DNA from: Lama glama | Lineage: Eukaryota | Reading direction: 5' to 3' | Assembly: GCA_028534125.1 (NCBI GenBank) | Contig: CM052817.1 | Coordinates: 74,650,109-74,714,000, forward strand | DNA: 63,892 nt | Shown here: positions 1 through 10,934 of the stretch, piece by piece | Position numbering within the stretch: the stretch's first letter is position 1 | Layout of the letters: each line of letters begins with the position of its first letter | Notes under the pieces: model-generated | The model's database searches: none | What the model was told of the DNA's origin: nothing | What the model saw: the letters and a program-made list of their open reading frames with translations, nothing else | Translations under genes and position numbers: made by a program

Positions 1-147
1 GATATTGAGCATTTTTTCATGTGCTTTTTGATCATTTGTATTTCTTCCTTGGAGAATTGCTTGTTTAGGTCTTCTGCCCATTTTTGGATTGGGTTGTTTG
101 TTTTTTCTTATTAAGTCATATGAGCTGCTTATATATTCTGGAGATCA
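1..147 (-). mobile_element. LINE-1 fragment (ORF2 C-terminal region), antisense, continues off the window start
   Basis: Typical antisense L1 text 'gatattgagcattttttcatgtgc...tttcttccttggagaattg...tcttctgcccattttt...ttatatattctggagat'; similarity ends at ~147. Confidence 0.85.
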
Positions 148-1084
148 GGATTCCTCTTTAGAAAATTTCAAGTATGTGTTTTCTCTAAGTATGTTAGGTT
201 ACAGTTTTCTTTCTGAATTCACTCAACAAATGTGTATAAATATATATGTTTCATTGTCTACCCTACCCTATCTGTGTGTAAGAGGAAGTTAGAAGATATG
301 AGGTCAGATATAAGAATGAAAACATATAGTTAATATGCACAAGGCACTTACATTCTAATAGGAATTTGAGATGTACATAAATAAGTACAGACCCTGTCAA
401 GTGAAAACCCTGTCCAAAGAACCACGGGTGCAGGAGGGAAGGAGAGATATTTTTCAGGGATGCTTCACAATGGACTGAACATTTCAGTGATGGCTAGGAT
501 TTTTAAAAAAATGAAGACTGAGAAGAGTATATTCTATAACTCTCTGTATTTATAATGTAATATCTCCCACATAGCACACATCCATATCTTGAAGTCTAAA
601 GACTGGTTTTGCTGGAGTGAAGATTTTACACTGGGATACAGTCAGTTTGGACTGTATTGCAAAAAGCATGTTGAACATCTGCAATCTGTTTTCATTTTTT
701 CTTCATTCTATTTCTGTTCAGTTGATCCAAGAAGGTGTTCTATCATATAGATTTGTTGAATTTTGGTCCAGCCCAGCAGGCCATGTAAATCTATGTGTTT
801 GGAGGAATGGGGATTTTAGTGGTCTGATTTCCTCTTTCTCGACTTCAGACTATTTTTTGAAAGTTATTTGTTCTTATTATCAGATCCTTCCTGTTTCCCA
901 GAATTTTTCAATGCCCCCAAGGAAACTGGATATATCTAAGACCAGAGTCACCTATTTAATCAGAGTGAACCTAGCTCTATGTGAAATTATGTGAGAAGCA
1001 GTGGTGTCAGGAACTGTCACCTGTATTTAGATATGATTCAGCTCTCTGGGGAGAAAATATTTTCATTCTGGTGCTAAGCAGCCA

Positions 1085-1213
1085 CTCATTTATTAAATCC
1101 ATTTAACACCATGATTTTTAGCATACCCTGAACCAGGTAGTGTTCTGGGCACTGAAGACATAATGAATAAAAAAATCAAAATCCCTTTTCTCAGGGAGAT
1201 TAAATTGTAATGG
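1085..1213 (-). mobile_element. LINE-2 3' end fragment
   Basis: 'actcatttattaaatccatttaac...ccaggtagtgttctgggcactgaagacata...cccttttctcagggagatta' resembles the reverse complement of the L2 3' end. Confidence 0.6.
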
Positions 1214-1254
1214 TAGCTTTGGTTAGCTTGCAAATAAATTAGTTATCACATTCT

Positions 1255-1515
1255 GCTCAAATGTCATTTTCTCAAGAAAGCCTTCTCAGCTATTTCTCAA
1301 GCTCTAGTCCTGTATTACCTGCTGGTTAGCTCTGCTGGCTTTTTTTCCCTGCATAAGAATAATTTGCTCTTCCCTCTATTTCTCCCTCTCTCTCTCTCTC
1401 TCCTCCCCATCCCTCTTTCTTCCCCCCTCCGCTCAATAAACTGTGAGCTGTTTGAGGGCAAAGACCAGTATCAATATCTTTGAATTAAAAGAGAATATTG
1501 TCAATAGATGTTTAT
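1255..1515 (+). mobile_element. LINE-2 3' fragment with an internal CT-rich tract
   Basis: 'ctcaaatgtcattttctcaagaaagccttc' and 'ctgtgagctgtttgagggcaaagacc' are L2 motifs; pyrimidine tract at ~1368-1430. Confidence 0.55.
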
Positions 1516-2429
1516 AAGTGAATTTAGTAGATATTTGGTATCCACTATGTGAAGACTTTAAGGCCTCCTCACCAAGATCTTTCTCTCTCAGTGTGTCATG
1601 AAAATCCAGTGTGTATGGATTTCCAAGAATATGAACCAAACTTAAGATTCCATAAGTTGACAGTAGATATTTAATTAGCAATTAGCAATGAAAAAATATT
1701 AGCTTGAACTTCTGGGTTATAAAACACACAACTTTGGAAAAAGCATTAGAGGGAAATGTAGGGAATGGCTCCAAATTTTTCAGAAGGCCAACTCACTTAG
1801 CTGGAAATTTCCAAAACTTCATGTTAACACAGTTGAGTGATGATGCTATGTATTAGCTAGTTGTGGTCATGCAGCATCATACTTTTTAATTCTACTTTGG
1901 CATCAGAGCCTGTGGGAAGTACACACAAAGAAGTTGCTTCCTAAGATTTTTAATTAGACGCTATTTCTTTATTAAGTATATTTTAAAGCCTTCATCAAGT
2001 GATTCCATAAAATTAATATTTACAAAGAATTCATGCCTGGAACACTGTGGTTTTTGTTTGTTTGCCTGTTTTAACATTAGAGTTCTTCATGTGTCTCTGG
2101 ATCTTAGTACATATTTTATCTTGTCTGAAGAGGGATAACTTTTTCTCTTGGTCTTGCCTTTCTTGTCTAACAGTTCTCTGGTGTCCCTGGTTGCCTTCAC
2201 CTGGCACTCCTGAGCCACCAATCTAGGACCAAGATTTATAATAGCATTTTAAGTCTTGTGCTCTGGGGAGATATTGAGGCTACCAAAGGTCCATTTTTTA
2301 GCTATTTTTTTCTTACTTCTTTTGATATTCCCTCAAATAGAGTCAACTAGCAACTCAATCTGAGTCCTAGTTTTGGGTCCTCACACCCCCCATAGCCACT
2401 GTTTTCTGTGGAGCCAGGTCTCCCACCTT

Positions 2430-2514
2430 TTTATTCAGACCCCATTCACATCTGTGGGAGTCCTGCTCTCCCCCCACCCCCTTTATTACAAGCAGTGACT
2501 CTGGCCTTATCCTC
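2430..2514 (+). repeat. 85-bp segment, copy 1 of an exact dispersed direct repeat
   Basis: Identical base for base to 3922-4006 (offset 1492). Confidence 0.97.
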
Positions 2515-2529
2515 TTCCTGTGGGAATAC

Positions 2530-3165
2530 TGAGTTAGTGATCTATTGCCCTATAATATAACACATTACCACAGCTCAGCAGATTAAACCACACACAATTA
2601 TTATCTCACAGCTATGGGTCAGGAATGTGAGCATGGGTTACCTGAGACAGGGGTTTGTCTAGGCTACAAGCCAGATGTTGGCCAGGCTGCTGCCTTTTGA
2701 CTGGAGAAGAATCTTCTTTAAAGCTCATTCAGTTGTTTGCAGAATTCATTTCCCTGCAGCTGTCTGACTGAAGACCCCAACTGCTTGCTGGCTGTTGGTC
2801 GGAAGCTACTCTTCGGTCCTAGAAGTTGCCTGTAGTTCTTTGCCACGAGGACTCCCCAGCATGGCAGATTCTTTCATCAAGCCTGCAAGGAGAGTCTCTC
2901 TTCTCAGGATGAGCCCAGCACCTCTTCTTACCTGATACACTTAAAGTCATATCCACAAAGAATACTCTCCCTTCGGATTAATTCAACATCACCAGATTTG
3001 GAGCCTTAATTGTGTATGAAAAATCCCTTTCCCTTTGCCATATTGCCATATTCTCGTGGCCAGAAGCAAGTCAAGGTCCCAGCCACACACAAAGAGAGGG
3101 AATTAGAGAGATCATGATGTCAGGAGGTGACAATCATGGGGTTACCCTAGGGTCTGTCTGTTACA
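2530..3165 (-). mobile_element. MaLR solo LTR, MLT1E/F-like
   Basis: 'tctattgcc...attaccacagctcagcagattaaaccacacacaattattatctcacag', 'aagctcattcagttgtttgcagaattcatttccctgcagctgt' and terminal 'gtctgttaca' match the reverse complement of MLT1 LTRs. Confidence 0.8.
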
Positions 3166-3921
3166 GGCACCTTTAGTCCCAAGACCACCACTGCTGCCCA
3201 GTCCCAGAAGACACGGCTCTTAGCCTCAGCTTGACCCCCTGCTTTGCATTTCAGTTCTATTTCTAGTCCAGAATGATGTTTACCTTGTCTTACTTCCTCT
3301 ATGTCTAATCGGTGTGTTTTTTCCTTTTATGTTTAAGAGGCACACGTTTTTGTTTGAAATAGAGAGGTTGCAAAAGCATCAACTTATGAAGTCATCTTAC
3401 TCTATCAAAAATTTCTATCTGATCAGGGTTAGGGCAGGTTTCTGAAACCCTAGGTATGTTTTAATGGTTTAACCAAATGGTTTGAGGAAGATGGTCTGTC
3501 TGGTAGAGAGGATTATTTTTGGCTATGAAAGGATAGGAAATCAGTTAATATAATTGGGGGCATTTTAAAATTAGCCATCACATTTTAAAAACAATTTTAA
3601 AAGTAGTCTGTATCTGCTTTACAGTAAGAACCTCAACTTCTAATTATACTCTGAAAGGAACCACACAATCTTGATACCCTCACATTATAAAAATAATGCT
3701 GTCACTGACTATGTTTTTGTTTTTTTTTCTACCTGGCTTGCCCTGTTTATGAGATACCCCTTCAGATAGTTTATTCATTACCCCATAGTTCTTTATTACA
3801 CAAAAGTAAGGGGGACAATGAATGAACAAGGCAAGAAAATAGATACTCAAAACGGGACTCCAACCATAAAATAAAATACACACAGGTGACATAATGATAG
3901 GTCTGAACACCAGGGGCAAAG

Positions 3922-4006
3922 TTTATTCAGACCCCATTCACATCTGTGGGAGTCCTGCTCTCCCCCCACCCCCTTTATTACAAGCAGTGACTCTGGCCTT
4001 ATCCTC
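3922..4006 (+). repeat. 85-bp segment, copy 2 of the exact dispersed direct repeat
   Basis: Identical to 2430-2514; GTTTATT occurs at both junctions (3921-3927 and 4010-4016). Confidence 0.97.
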
Positions 4007-7000
4007 AGTGTTTATTGTTTTTCATTGATACAGAAACCTACTTTCTTTGCAGACCTTGGGGGGAGGGTCAGGCTTAGGGCTGATACTTATGAACGAAAAT
4101 ATACTTAATAGTTTCATTTGGAAGTTAAAGACTGAGAAAGTGACTATTTAAGCATCATGATTTTAAGGTAACTGTATGAAACAAGAGTCACAAAATATTG
4201 CTTATACCAATCTGCCAGTGCAAGTCACTTACGTCTTTTCTGAAAATAATACAATTAGTTCTTTGTGTTAAAAGGTGGAGGATATAATCCAAAAAAAAAA
4301 AAAAAAAGAATTGTGGATTCTGGGGTTCTTTTTTAACTTTCCCAATACATGCAAGTTGACTAGTCAGATAAATTAATATTTACTTTGGGAAGCACCCAGA
4401 CCATGGTACCAGGGGGATGTAATATAGGTCAAAGTTTTGACATTTTAGAATTTTGTTCAGTGAATCTGAGAACTATTGTACAAGGGTGATTAATAAAAAG
4501 ATATAGATGAAGATTGGTATCTATAAAGGTATAAAGTAGATATGGTGAACATGACCTAATTCACCTAGCGCTGGAATATTAGAACTAGCTGGTATTGCCT
4601 GGAGCTTGCAGGGTATTTAGGTCAAATAAATTATGGTGCTATAACTGTAATATAAAGCTCTTTATTCCCAAGAGGCATTACAGGCTGAACATAGAAAGGC
4701 TGTGATAAGTCAAACCTGCAAAGTGGTGGGAAAGGAAGCTACAGTGAACACAGCCTTAGCTTTGATGTCAGGTAGTACCACCTTACTTTCTTTCAAAGTC
4801 TTGGGTGGTATCACTGACAGAGACTCAATATAGGGCTATAAAAGAATCCAGTAGAGCAAACTTTCTAGATCTGAAAGGATTTGCTATCTCTACAAGTTTT
4901 CAACAACTAAGTATGAACAGGGTTCATCATGAAGTTTTGGAAATTATTTTAAAAGATTTAACTTATTGGCTACTAGATTAGAGAGCAAAGCTTTATTAAT
5001 GATCTTTTCTAATCATGTAAAGAAATACTGCTTTAGAAGGACATATAAGCTCATTAGTTTATACCACTCATTATGTCTACTATCATGTAACCAAAATTAA
5101 AAATACAAGCTTTTGGGGGGGGGCTCTTTATATCAGATATTCCTTTAGACAGTTTTTTAAAAAATATATCTTTGATGAGAATCTAGAAGTTCTGCATCAC
5201 TTCCACAGCTCTAGAAACTCCAAAAATGCAATTCAACTATTTACACAATGATTGACTTAACTTGCTTTAAGTTATGGAATGTCCTTTGTGTGCAGAGCTG
5301 TGAGAAATTCAATAATCATTACATAAAGACTGTGGGAGGCAACAGAGAAACCAAAGAAACAATAAACATGGACATATCCACACATAATAGAGCAATGCAT
5401 TTTCTTTCCAAAAGTCTGACAAAAATTTTATACGATGGTCAATTTGCACGACTTGATTAAGCAAAGGAATGTGACACCAATTTTAAAAAGATGTTCATAA
5501 AAGTTAGAGTTTTGCTTAGCTTCTAATAATCTTTTTTTAATCAAGAATTTACAAGTGCATTATCCAAAAAAATAGCTTGCAATTGCTTGAAACTTGACCC
5601 TTGCGAGAACAGAGCTTTTAAAGAGAATGTTTACATTCGTTTATGTCGGATTGCTATCTGTGTTTATGTTTTAGGTTTTTCTAATGAAATTAAATTTTAA
5701 AATATAGAGGATAGAAATCTCCTTAGGTCAGGTACAAAGGCTGAAAAAATAACTCCCTGTGTTTTTCACAATATTTCAGATTTCTAATTTGCAAAGAAGG
5801 TAATCACAAAATTTTTTGAAATCCACGTTTGGAAGTCTATCCGTGATCATTCTTTATGGACTTTGGACCTTGCACTTATTAAACACAGAAACATAAATAA
5901 AATGAGGATAACAGTGTATATTAGTTTTTCCTCCATTTATCATTAAGTAATTCTGTACACATAAAACATGATTTCCGTTTTCTTTTCTAAGGTCATAATT
6001 CTGAAATTCGGTTTCGAGAAAGGAAAGAATGGTCTGACTTGGCATTTTTTATTTTCCAGTGTTTAAAAGTATAACGTTGACATGCAGTGGCTGCTGCTTA
6101 GCTTCTGGAGCTTAACACCCAACATGACATGATTTTTGCTTTTCTAAAAGTTGGAACATAATTCCGCTCATGTCGTATGCATATTTATCGAATATATTGC
6201 CAATTATACTCAAACCAAAAGCGAACAACACTGTTAGATTTTCCTGGTTTCCAGGCAGCTCACTCTCTATGGTCAGACTCTTAAAGGCGCTTGGCCTCTC
6301 GGGTCAGAGGCGCCACAGCAAGGCTGCTCCAGCAGGCCTGGGTACGCAAAGTTGCTTCCTGCCGGGGACGCCAACTTGGCAAGGATCCGCTGCTGGCAAA
6401 CACAGATTAGTCAGGATAAAGTCGCCACAGACTCAACCAAGCAAAGCATAAATGGCCCTTTCAGCAAGAGCCTGCGAGAAGGGATGTTACTGAGCCCAGC
6501 CACCCAATTTCCTTTTTCAGGGATCCCCAAACTCGCGTTTTCTAACACTTTCCGATCCACGAGGCAGGTGGCTGGCTGATCACCTAAGCGCCCCCTACAC
6601 TCCTTTCCTTCGCGTATCTCCTCCATCTAGCCCAAGTTCAGCTTTTTAATGGGTTTGGGAGAAGTGAGGCAAACTAAAAGCCTGCGAAGGTAGAGAGGGC
6701 GTGCCACAACCACACCACGCAAATTCGCGCGGCACTGGTGGGATGAAAAAGGCGGGCGCGGGGACCAGACAGGAGGTGGCAGAGAGGGCACAGCGCAAGC
6801 CTAACAGGGGGCGGGGCCACGTGCCAGTCCCAGGGTTCCCAGCTCTGGCGCGACCGGAGGCTCGCGAGCGTCCCAGCCTGCCCGCCGACCGCCAATCCGC
6901 CCTCAAGCATCCCCGTCCCAGGACACTGCTCCTCGGTCAGCCCTCGAGCTCGTGGCACGAAGGCGCGTCCGCATCCATGCCCGAGCCGAGGGAGCAGGAG

Positions 7001-7239
7001 ACGCTCGGAGCTCCAGGCGTGTGATGCGAGGCTGAGCGCGTGGCGGCCCGCGTCGTGCCCCGCTGAGCCAGACGCGGGAGGAGAGCGGCGCGCTCCTGCT
7101 CAGCAAGCCGCGCACGGGGCGGGGCGCGGCTGGGGGGGGGGGTGCCGGGCCGCCAGCGGGGAGCGGCGGAGGAGCAAGCGCGCTGCGGACCCGAGGGAGG
7201 GCACGGTTAAAGCTTTGCCATTAATTGTGAGCCCAGAGA

Positions 7240-7404
7240 GTCTGTCCTAAGCTAACACACTAACTCTGCATCTTCCCTCACGCCCCCAAACCACCGGAGG
7301 CGGCGACACCTGATCCAGCGCACAAACACGGGTCCCTTCTGTCCCCGGATACAATTACGCGGCGGAGACACACTCAAACTCACGCGCAGCAGCCAAGAGC
7401 CGAG
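7240..7404 (+). other. UGT8: UGT8 non-coding exon 1 (5' boundary/TSS uncertain, could be further upstream)
   Basis: Consensus donor GAG|gtaagc at 7404/7405 inside the CpG island; no ATG between 7036 and 7404; the coding exon has only 2 nt of UTR, so an upstream exon is required. Confidence 0.7.
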
Positions 7405-7486
7405 GTAAGCGGAGGGACCACGCCGTTCCACCGGGCGGTAGGGAGGCGGGCTGACAACAGGAGAGGGGCGTTGTTTGCTCCTGGAG
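7405..7486 (+). other. UGT8: Candidate exon-1 extension / alternative first exon ending at a second donor
   Basis: Consensus donor GAG|gtgagt at 7486/7487, 82 nt downstream of the first donor. Confidence 0.5.
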
Positions 7487-10400
7487 GTGAGTGCTTGGCG
7501 AATGGCCGCGAGCCAGGGGCTGGGGGTAGGGATCAGAAAGTGCAGATGGGGTTGGGCTGAGGGAGTTAGGGAATGGGGGGGGGCGGAGTAGGGAGAAAGA
7601 CTGGGGGGTGGGGCGGGGTGTAAAGGAGATATTTCCAGTCTGCTCCGATCGCTCTCGCGCTCCTTTGCCTCCCGTATGGCACCCGTTTGAGGTTCCTTTC
7701 GCGTTCGTGCGTGCAGGTGGAGAGAGGGGATAACCTGGCGCGGATGTGGCCGAGGACTTTGCACTTGACCCTGGAGGGATGGGCACCGCGGAGCCCCAAG
7801 GCCAGAGCCTGCTGCGGGCCAGGGATGAGGGACCGGGAGGTGCGTCGGAAACTCTCCAACTCTCCTCTCTTCGTCCTCTCTCTGAGGGGGAACTAGACCT
7901 GGGTGCGTTGTGGGTGGGGAGTGTCTTGGGGCTGCACGCACACGGACACAAGGACCTTTCCGTGCCCCCATGCCCGTGGGACCGCCAGGAATGGACAGTG
8001 GTGGCAGGGTCGTGCGCGTGGATGTGGGAACCATATGGCTTGCCCTTGCTTTAGAGGAGCGTGTGCGGGACGCGAGGGTTAGAGAGGAGGTGAGAGAAGG
8101 ACGCGCTGCAGGAAGTCGGGCGCCTTCCTCGGGCTGGAGGAGCGGCGAGGGGGCCTGGGATATAGTTTGGGGCTGTGCCAGGAAAACCGTATCGGAGGGC
8201 GCAAATATATGCAGTGCGACCGGGCAAAAGAACAGTCAGGGGTGGCAAGGGGAGTACCCAGTCTGTATAGGTAAATTCAGTGGTTTAATTGAGGGTTTAT
8301 GAAGTTGAGTGCGGGGAATGTGCCACTCTGCAGCACTTGTTTAGGGAAAGGAGACGTCTGTACCTGTACCGCTGATTCTCATCACCTTAAAGCAAGGGGC
8401 GGGGAGAAAGTGGGAGAACTTCTAAGACTTCGGCAACTAACTAGTTCAAACTAACTGGAAGGCTAGATTGTGTTAATTAGTCGTTCTCTAGAGGGAGAGG
8501 GCGTATCACAAGGAGGAGTGGGTGGCATTCTCAACTAAACATGACCCCAAGAGTCACTTCCACAAAGAACCAGTATTAAAATAGAGAAAGGCTTGTATTT
8601 CAGGTGGTTCCACTCAGAAACGGTTGGAAAACCACTACTCTAAAATCCTTCACTTCCCTCAGGCTGTCACCTTGTATAATAAGTTTTTCAAGATTAATGC
8701 CATGAAGGTGTGGCAGTTTGGCTAGATGCCAAGTCTGCTGTTGTTTCTATTTCTGATAATTTTATGTTAAAAAAAAATCTACCCTCAGAATTGATGTAAT
8801 TTGTGTGCTTTATTTCCACGCATCCCCAGGAAAAAAATGCCACTTAAAGGAAGGATAGAAAGTGCCTTTTAATTGGTATTTTAATAGTATTAGGAGTAAT
8901 CACACTTTATTCCCTGGAGATTTTTAAATGAAGAGTCATGCACATCAATATTATATAGTAGGGAGTCCAGAACGTTGTGTTAATTGAATTAAATCATAAA
9001 TCAGCCTGTGTTTTTTCTGTCTCAGAGAGGAATGGCAAACAGTTTTCTCCAATAGAAACCATCTCCTGGCAGTTTGAGGTTTTGCTTTTGGAATGTCTCT
9101 GTTCAGCAACCATTCTAGGTAATTCCAGAGGGAAACACTCAAGTTATTATTTAGTTCGTCTGCCACCCACAAGGTAAAGTTGTCATCTTGTGTTGTGTGA
9201 TCTACAGCTATAGGAGTGTTTAAAAACTACAGTGAAGCATAGTGCCCTGATGTTTGTAATAGCTTGATAGTGTATTAGTAGCTTGGGCATCATTGAGTAA
9301 AAACTGTACTTGTGACTTTCTCTCAATAGTACTGCTGTAGAGATTAGATTTAAAAAATCTAAAATTTCTGGAGCTGTATGCTTGTATTAATGCCTTTGCA
9401 CATACTAGAATAAGTAAACCAATGGATAAATAAAAATACGTATAACAAAATTTAATTTTTGTAAAATCTTTTTTGTGTGCAGAGTTTGACAGTTAACATT
9501 TAATTTACCTAAAATATTTCTTGATACCTTATGATTAACCATCAGTTTAATTATATGTAAATACTGATGGTAAAGGAAGAAATTAAATATGCTCTCGATT
9601 CTCAGACAACTTTTCAAAGTAATTTATGTGCTCATTTATCAAATAATATTGGGCTGATGCTGTTTAATTCACATTAGACTTCCAAAGTACAACGCGAGAA
9701 TAAGAACTTTTGTTTTGCAATATTTAATAATATTTATTTTGCCATCTGGCTATTTAAATGTTTAAAGCATAAACCCTGAACCAGTAGTTCCTAACCCAGG
9801 TTCAAACCCAGAATCTCCTAGGCTAAAAGAACAGAGGGTATTCCCCAGGCTATGTTTCATATTTCAAAAGGTGACTTAGAAATGTACATCTGTCCAATGT
9901 AGGAAAAAAAAATAATAATGTTTATTTGACACCATCAGGGTTGTTGCTTATTTACATAAGCACATTTTCTAAATAGCTGACCCCTCACACCATTAATTAC
10001 TGAAACTTTAAAAATTTAACTAGTAAAACAAATAAGCAATTTCTAAATTTTATACACTTACTTACTCCCCAGGATGTAAGTTAATTTTTTTGTTGGGTTA
10101 TCGTTGTGAACATGAATTCATAAAGAATTGAATAGTGCTATTCCTTGAGGTGTATAGAGCTGTTTTTGTTTATAGTAAATGGTCTCAGCCTGCCCAGTTG
10201 AAATACTGGTATGGAAACAGAAGTACTATTCTTCTTTTTATGGTTTTTCTGGGTCCTCTTTCTGTTATCAGCTATCGCTTTCTGCTGCTGTCAGGCTATG
10301 AGCGGGCCCTGCTGCTATATTATCTGTTGTCTTTTTTTCCCCTGAAATGATGTGGGCTATTGCTCAAGTATAAAGCCAGTGTACTTTGTGACAGATACTT

Positions 10401-10934
10401 GCTGTGCTCATCCTTTGTTTCTGGGCTGGATAGTGGGCCGAATGGCTGAGGTTCTTAGAAGGGTGGCCTCTATATGAATGGTTTCAATGTGTTTTGTTTT
10501 TTTTAAATAGAAATTTCATATATGAGATCTTTAGAAGGGCATCTTAATTTCAGACATTTAGTCTTCTGGAAAGTCTTTGCTTTTCCGAAAAATTGAAGAA
10601 GCCCTTAAAAAAATTTACTTTTCTTGTGGTAGCCCCAGAATGTCTTTGTTTAGAAATATGTATACAATAATATTTTACATTCTACTTTCTGCCATTGAAA
10701 TTGACTAGCTATATGAAATTTTGGCATTATTTCCCTACTCTGGAAGCCAGGAATAAAAAGTGTGATTTGATCATGCTGATTCTCAAACTTGAAGCTACGT
10801 GAATCATTTCAATATTATTTTGCATATGTATGTATGGAGGAGCTACATAATCAAATTAGTATGAATAAGGTTGTTTAATTTAGTCTTGAAAACAGTGGTA
10901 ATCGTATCTTCCTAATCTAAAGCGTTTCATAAAC

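Larger units (their letters stand above)
6290..8250. promoter_or_regulatory. UGT8: CpG island / UGT8 promoter
   Basis: Very GC- and CpG-rich against an AT-rich background; GGGGCGGGG GC boxes (~6808-6816, ~7116-7124), CCAAT at 6892-6896, CACGTG at 6818-6823; contains strong splice donors ~24 kb upstream of the UGT8 coding exon. Confidence 0.9.

Noticed and set aside
617..994. 125-aa ORF and other 60-130 aa ORFs in intergenic/intronic DNA
   Set aside because: Mostly non-ATG starts, no recognisable homology, and no supporting splice structure.
6170..8302. Many overlapping ORFs up to 260 aa on both strands
   Set aside because: Expected from stop-codon scarcity in a CpG island; low-complexity Pro/Arg/Gly peptides with no recognisable domain.
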